From an uncultured Candidatus Saccharibacteria bacterium (GTDB lineage Bacteria > Patescibacteriota > Minisyncoccia > Minisyncoccales > UBA10102): a stretch of 48,595 nucleotides of DNA. The DNA lies in contig CAYHVI010000005.1 in assembly GCA_964359655.1 (NCBI GenBank), positions 1-48,595 on the forward strand. Direction: 5' to 3'. The notes beneath the pieces are model-generated. The model was not told where the DNA came from. It made no database searches and was given only the letters and a program-made list of their open reading frames with translations. The translations under genes were made by a program, and so were the position numbers. Numbering within the stretch: position 1 is the stretch's first letter; every line of letters begins with the position of its first letter. Below, piece after piece: positions 44,517-48,595 of this stretch.

Positions 44517-45122
44517 TTACTCTAGGATACCGTCAAGGTTCACGTCGTAGAGAATCTTTTCTTGCGCAATGTTGTAGCGAACAAGTTCATCTTTCGAAAA
44601 CCAATGCGGAATTTCTTTTTCTGCCTCTTGAACTGTCCCTGAAGCATGAATAAGATTTCGCACCGCTCTGCTGTCTGAATCTGCCATTTGGTAAGAATCC
44701 ACAACGTAATCGCCTCGAATAGTACCCACGTCAGATGAACGGGGTTCCGTACCTCCAGTAAGCTTACGCACCACTTCCACTGCATGAGCGCCTTGCCACA
44801 CCATAGCAACCACCGGGCCTGCGGTAAGGTATTTTTTGAGGCCATCGAGCACGCGCTGCCCTACTTGCTCTGCATCTTCGGAAGTAGGCTGCATTCCTCT
44901 CTTTTTGTAGCTCTCAATGGCTTTTTCTCCCACTATTCGCTTCCAGTCGGGATCCAGCAAATAATGCTGCTCCACCATTTTTTCTTCCGGAACAAACATT
45001 TTCAAACCCACTAATTTTAATCCCACGCGCTCATAACGCTTGATAATTTCGCCCACGAGACTGCGTTGAATCCCGTCTGGCTTAATAATGACTAATGTGC
45101 GTTCTTCTTTTGGATGATTCAT
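44517..45122 (-). CDS. ndk: Nucleoside diphosphate kinase
   Basis: ERTLVIIKPDGIQR, GPVVAMVW, GTIRGDY and NLIHAS. Confidence 0.95.
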   Translation of the reverse strand: MNHPKEERTLVIIKPDGIQRSLVGEIIKRYERVGLKLVGLKMFVPEEKMVEQHYLLDPDWKRIVGEKAIESYKKRGMQPTSEDAEQVGQRVLDGLKKYLTAGPVVAMVWQGAHAVEVVRKLTGGTEPRSSDVGTIRGDYVVDSYQMADSDSRAVRNLIHASGTVQEAEKEIPHWFSKDELVRYNIAQEKILYDVNLDGILE

Positions 45123-45135
45123 AAAATATACAAAA

Positions 45136-46020
45136 TTAACGCTCTGTTTGTATGGAAAAATGCGTTGCTGTGATTTTGACTACAATATCACCTTTTTCAT
45201 CGGTACGCAATACAGAAATATTCCCCAAGCGTGCAAGTACTTCTTTGGTTGGATGGCCATAGCGATTTTTTGCTCCCACCTGAATAACGGCAATATTGGG
45301 TGAAACCGCAGCTAAGAAAGATTCAGAGCTCGACGATTTTGACCCGTGATGCGGCACTTTCAATACATCTGCAGCTATATCTGCTTTTTGGTCCACCAGC
45401 TTTTGTTCAGCAGTTTTGGAAATATCACCCGGAAAAAGAAAGGAATCGCTGCCAAAGACGAGTTTGGAAACAAGAGAAGTGTCATTCACGGCTTTGGCAC
45501 TGGAAATTGCAGAATTATCAGGATAGAGAATTTCCATAAACTCGTAGGAAGGGTTTTGCGACCACACCAGTTTTTGGGGCGCCCGGGCCAGGTAAAGCCC
45601 AACTTTTTCGCGTTCAAAGTCGGGCTTTAAGGATTTTTCGAGCGCCTGTTCCCACGATCTAAAAATGTTTGTATTGGCTTCCACGCCCGTCCACAGTACA
45701 TTCTCCACATTATACTGCTCAAGCACACTTACTAAACCTGTAATATGATCTGCGTCTGGGTGCGTGAGGATAACGAGGTCAATGCTTTTGTCCCAAAAAG
45801 GCAGAGTTTTGCCCACTTTTTCTACCACTTTTTTGCTTGGCCCTCCGTCAATCAAAATCTGATGGCCTTGCGAAGTCTCGATGAATATGGCATCACCCTG
45901 GCCAACGTCAAAAAATGTTACCTTCAAAAACCTTCCATCCAACACATACTCCCACGCAGCCCAATTGGCAAACGCCAGTCCAAACAGCACTCCGGCTACA
46001 TACCATCGCCATTTCTCCAT
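45136..46020 (-). CDS. ComEC/Rec2-type metallo-beta-lactamase-fold hydrolase (stand-alone C-terminal domain)
   Basis: FFDVGQGDA, LIDGG, LTHPDADHITG, NDTS, FPGD, KVPHHGS and NRYGHP. Confidence 0.88.
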   Translation of the reverse strand: MEKWRWYVAGVLFGLAFANWAAWEYVLDGRFLKVTFFDVGQGDAIFIETSQGHQILIDGGPSKKVVEKVGKTLPFWDKSIDLVILTHPDADHITGLVSVLEQYNVENVLWTGVEANTNIFRSWEQALEKSLKPDFEREKVGLYLARAPQKLVWSQNPSYEFMEILYPDNSAISSAKAVNDTSLVSKLVFGSDSFLFPGDISKTAEQKLVDQKADIAADVLKVPHHGSKSSSSESFLAAVSPNIAVIQVGAKNRYGHPTKEVLARLGNISVLRTDEKGDIVVKITATHFSIQTER

Positions 46021-46038
46021 TGTCTTATTTTACCACAA

Positions 46039-46070
46039 AGCCCCCACACCTTAATGAAAGTGTGGGGGCT
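46039..46070. terminator. Hairpin downstream of the DUF5679-like gene
   Basis: AGCCCCCACAC/GTGTGGGGGCT 11-bp inverted repeat. Confidence 0.6.
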
Positions 46071-46090
46071 GTCTTCCTGATAAAATATAT

Positions 46091-46258
46091 TTATTGTTCT
46101 GACATCGGAAGAATCCTGAACATCCCGGTTCCGCAAACAGGACAGGTTCCCTTCATTGCGGGACGGGTGCCGCCACCCTTTTTCTTGATCTCGGTCTTTG
46201 CTTCGTTTGTCATCGTCCGCTTTTGCTTGCACTTTACACAGTAGCCTTCGGTTGGCAT
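46091..46258 (-). CDS. Small zinc-ribbon protein (DUF5679-like; not in the ORF track)
   Basis: Manual translation gives MPTEGYCVKCKQKRTM...RPAMKGTCPVCGTGMFRILPMSEQ* (55 aa). Confidence 0.85.
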   Translation of the reverse strand: MPTEGYCVKCKQKRTMTNEAKTEIKKKGGGTRPAMKGTCPVCGTGMFRILPMSEQ

Positions 46259-46339
46259 AGAAAAAGAAAAATTAACTTACATAGAATGACCTTGACCTAT
46301 TACTCTAGCTTAAAGTAAAGCAGAGAGCGCGTCAAGCTC

Positions 46340-46380
46340 AAAAAGCAAAAGCTCCCTTTTTGAGGGAGTTTTTGCTTTTG
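46340..46380. terminator. Intrinsic terminator
   Basis: AAAAGCAAAAGCTCCCT/AGGGAGTTTTTGCTTTT inverted repeat right after the CxxC gene stop. Confidence 0.75.
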
Positions 46381-46381
46381 T

Positions 46382-46567
46382 TTATCTTCGGAAGTCTCTT
46401 CGAGGTCTGTCGTCTCTCTCTCCTCTGCGCTTGTCGTAGCAAGTTTTGCAGTACACGGGACGGTCACCGCTTGGTTGAAACGGCACCTCCGTTGCCTGGC
46501 CGCAGTCTGCGCACGTCGCAGGATACATCTGACGCTCGAATCTTCCGTATTGATTCTCGTTTTCCAC
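46382..46567 (-). CDS. CxxC-x17-CxxC zinc-ribbon protein
   Basis: MYPATCADCGQATEVPFQPSGDRPVYCKTCY; GTG start. Confidence 0.88.
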   Translation of the reverse strand: MENENQYGRFERQMYPATCADCGQATEVPFQPSGDRPVYCKTCYDKRRGERDDRPRRDFRR

Positions 46568-46740
46568 TAGATTTGGAAGTCAAAATCAACTTCGATTCTC
46601 AATGTGCCACTTTGTTATAAAGGCACAAAACTTTAGATACTTCGACTAGAGTATGTTTTGATGTTATCACCCCTTCTCTCTTTTGTCAATCCCCGCGCAA
46701 TGGTTCAATCGCCAGCTAAAATTATCACTATAAAAAAGAT

Positions 46741-46782
46741 CCCGGACACCGGCAACTCTGGTTGAGTTGTTCGGTGTCCGGG
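46741..46782 (-). terminator. Long GC-rich hairpin, probable terminator
   Basis: CCCGGACACCG..CAACTC/GAGTTG..CGGTGTCCGGG with a U-run on the minus strand. Confidence 0.65.
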
Positions 46783-46845
46783 TCTTAGACTGAGTACTAT
46801 CCTTCTAGTTCTTCCATACCTATTTTGAGTATATCATAAAGAGCG

Positions 46846-47397
46846 TCAGTCGTATCTCTTGCCAGTCATTTGAGGAACATATTCTGGACCCTTGTCGCGG
46901 TATCTTTGAATAAAATCAAGAATTCGTTTCTCGTCAACGTTTCCGGCATCATCGGGACTAAAGGTATCTAACCTTTGCCATGCGGCTTGAGCAATGGGCG
47001 CTTCATTGCGGCTGCGAGGCGTGAGGATAACTCGCGACTCCTCTGCGGCAATGCGTTTTAACTGATCAATTGCAGATTGCGGCAAAGAAGGCTGATAAGA
47101 AATCCATATACGTCCGTGCTCTAAACTATGTACAAGAGCTTCGTCTGGTTTTTCCGTATCGTAAATATCATCGAGCAAAGGATCTGGCCAATGAGATCCA
47201 GACGTAGGAGGATTTGACTGATAAGTTACTTTTGTTCCCTCTGACACATGAATCGCTCCTTCGTGAAGCATATTTTTGGAATAGTCTGAACCAAGGTCTT
47301 GTTGGTCTGAATCTGACGGAGTAGCAAAAGTAAGCACCAGAAAAATTCCGGCCGCAACCGCAATGCCTACCCCACCCCAAAGAAATATGCTTTTCAT
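46846..47397 (-). CDS. DUF3105-family membrane-anchored protein
   Basis: N-terminal TM, YQSNPPTSGSHW, LVHSLEHG, AAW and GPE. Confidence 0.85.
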   Translation of the reverse strand: MKSIFLWGGVGIAVAAGIFLVLTFATPSDSDQQDLGSDYSKNMLHEGAIHVSEGTKVTYQSNPPTSGSHWPDPLLDDIYDTEKPDEALVHSLEHGRIWISYQPSLPQSAIDQLKRIAAEESRVILTPRSRNEAPIAQAAWQRLDTFSPDDAGNVDEKRILDFIQRYRDKGPEYVPQMTGKRYD

Positions 47398-47400
47398 AGG

Positions 47401-48087
47401 TTAACTCTCCTGGAATTTAAATACGGCGTCGGTAAATTGCCAAAATCCCTCACTCCCCTTTTGTTCTGCTATACATTCCGACGCTTCAGCCGCTGGCCTT
47501 GCTTGAGGATGAATTTGGTCAAGCGGAAAATGTTTATACACCCATCTCACTTGATCGCCATATTCTGCGAGAGCTTGCTGGACCGTAGAGTGGAATTGTC
47601 TGCAGAAAGGACATTGAAAATCTGAAAACTCAACAAGCGTAATCTGCGCATTCAGATTTCCTCGGATATGATCTTTTTCTGTAACGCTCAAACCTTCCAA
47701 AGGAACAGAATTCCCGGACGCAAGTTCCACATCGATAATCGATTTTATTTGTGCGTAGGGAAGAGCTCCACGGATTGGTTGGCTATTCACAAAACTTCCG
47801 GGGGTGCCGTCTACCCCAACGCGAGCACCTTCTTTAAGATCATTTTCTACTTTATCTTTGTATTTTCTCTGCACCACACAATCATTAAACTGGGATATAT
47901 TCAATCCCATATCTTTTGCAAATTTTTGATATACTTCCGGACTAAGTTCGGGCTTACTTGCCACTTGCGCGGGAAGCCCTTTTTCCACTGGGATATTCAA
48001 TCCTCCTGTTGACCAAATTGAAAATGCTATAAGACCTCCACCTATCACAACCGCTGCTGGCATAAAAAAGCTTTTATATTTTTCCAT
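47401..48087 (-). CDS. DsbA/BdbD-family thiol-disulfide oxidoreductase, circularly permuted
   Basis: TM, then GVDGTPGSFVN..GALP (normally C-terminal), which precedes DHIRG..VEFSDFQCPFC..HFPL..AAEASEC..FW (normally N-terminal). Confidence 0.85.
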   Translation of the reverse strand: MEKYKSFFMPAAVVIGGGLIAFSIWSTGGLNIPVEKGLPAQVASKPELSPEVYQKFAKDMGLNISQFNDCVVQRKYKDKVENDLKEGARVGVDGTPGSFVNSQPIRGALPYAQIKSIIDVELASGNSVPLEGLSVTEKDHIRGNLNAQITLVEFSDFQCPFCRQFHSTVQQALAEYGDQVRWVYKHFPLDQIHPQARPAAEASECIAEQKGSEGFWQFTDAVFKFQES

Positions 48088-48146
48088 TGAAATTATGTTG
48101 GGTTATTACTTTTTAAGCCTACCATACGAGGCTAATTTTTTCCAAC

Positions 48147-48595
48147 TCATCGAGCCTGAACGGCTTGACCTAAATACTCATAAGCTGCCGTGGCAGCAAC
48201 CGCTCCCATGGCAGCGGCAGTAATATCTTGCTTGAAACTTCCAAAATGCGTGGTGGAATCGCCTGCCGCAAAAATTCCTGGCACTCTTGTTCGCATCATA
48301 TTATCTACTTTCATGTATCCTTTTTCGTCGAGCTCCAAACCAAGCTGTTCTGCGAATGTTTTATCTGGATCAAATCCAATCTCAACAAACAACCCGTCTA
48401 CCACGAGGTCGGTTGAACCATTGTATTCTTTGGAAAGCATCATTTTTTCAAGCTTCTGCGCGCCAACCAACTCTTTGACTTCGGTCTCCAGCAAAATTTC
48501 AACTTTATCTCCAAGCTTTTTCATGCGCTCGTAATTTATAGGCTCTGCGCGCACTTCTGATCCTCGCACGATTAAATAAATTTTCTTTGCGTATT
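48147..48595 (-). CDS. trxB: Thioredoxin reductase-like FAD oxidoreductase (3' part; runs off the window)
   Basis: KIYLIVRG, DGLFVEIG, T.VPGIFAAGD and Q..TAAAMGAVAA; frame is open to the window end. Confidence 0.8.
   Translation of the reverse strand, partial: YAKKIYLIVRGSEVRAEPINYERMKKLGDKVEILLETEVKELVGAQKLEKMMLSKEYNGSTDLVVDGLFVEIGFDPDKTFAEQLGLELDEKGYMKVDNMMRTRVPGIFAAGDSTTHFGSFKQDITAAAMGAVAATAAYEYLGQAVQAR

Noticed and set aside
45996-46232. 78-aa minus-strand ORF from the track
   Set aside because: Wrong frame; the real gene is the 55-aa zinc ribbon at 46091-46258.
1-48595. Alternative genetic code (UGA=Gly)
   Set aside because: Conserved genes such as rpmJ, rpsH, rpsN and fusA end at TGA at their expected C-termini, and long ORFs are intact under code 11.

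Overview
This is a core chromosomal window from a Patescibacteria (CPR, Parcubacteria-like) genome. The assignment is inferred from the missing rpmD, shortened AlaRS, mostly SD-less or leaderless genes and CPR-typical hypothetical proteins; TGA is used as stop, so code 11. About two thirds is housekeeping on the minus strand: holB-mreB-murA; the str/S10/spc/alpha ribosomal cluster, split between map and infA by a ~10 kb block (GT2, galT, dedA, tpiA, YkuK-like, mnmA, alaS, FtsA-like, baseplate-J-like, PaaX/Cas2-like); rpmB and tRNA-Pro(GGG); and at the right end ndk, a ComEC-like MBL hydrolase, zinc-ribbon proteins, DUF3105, DsbA and partial trxB. The best candidate for a new system is a 7-gene locus at 36490-42623. 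It encodes a SipW/archaeal-type signal peptidase, three Cys-rich paralogues sharing the mature N-terminus FEAHVINVTAxIENAL (one fused to a vWA domain), a lamin-tail-domain protein with the same N-terminal strand, a small TasA-like subunit and a membrane-anchored protein. It looks like a SipW-processed, TasA-like or bundling-pilus-like fibre, with an attenuator-like leader and DnaA boxes upstream. Other notable items: a circularly permuted DsbA; a 6S-like ncRNA with its own promoter and terminator; a PaaX/Cas2-like gene boxed by 41-bp palindromic direct repeats; RpoA lacking the alpha-CTD; N-terminally trimmed S4, S7 and L2; and several families of small palindromic elements inserted in-frame in essential genes. 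All calls come from reading motifs by eye; no database search was run.
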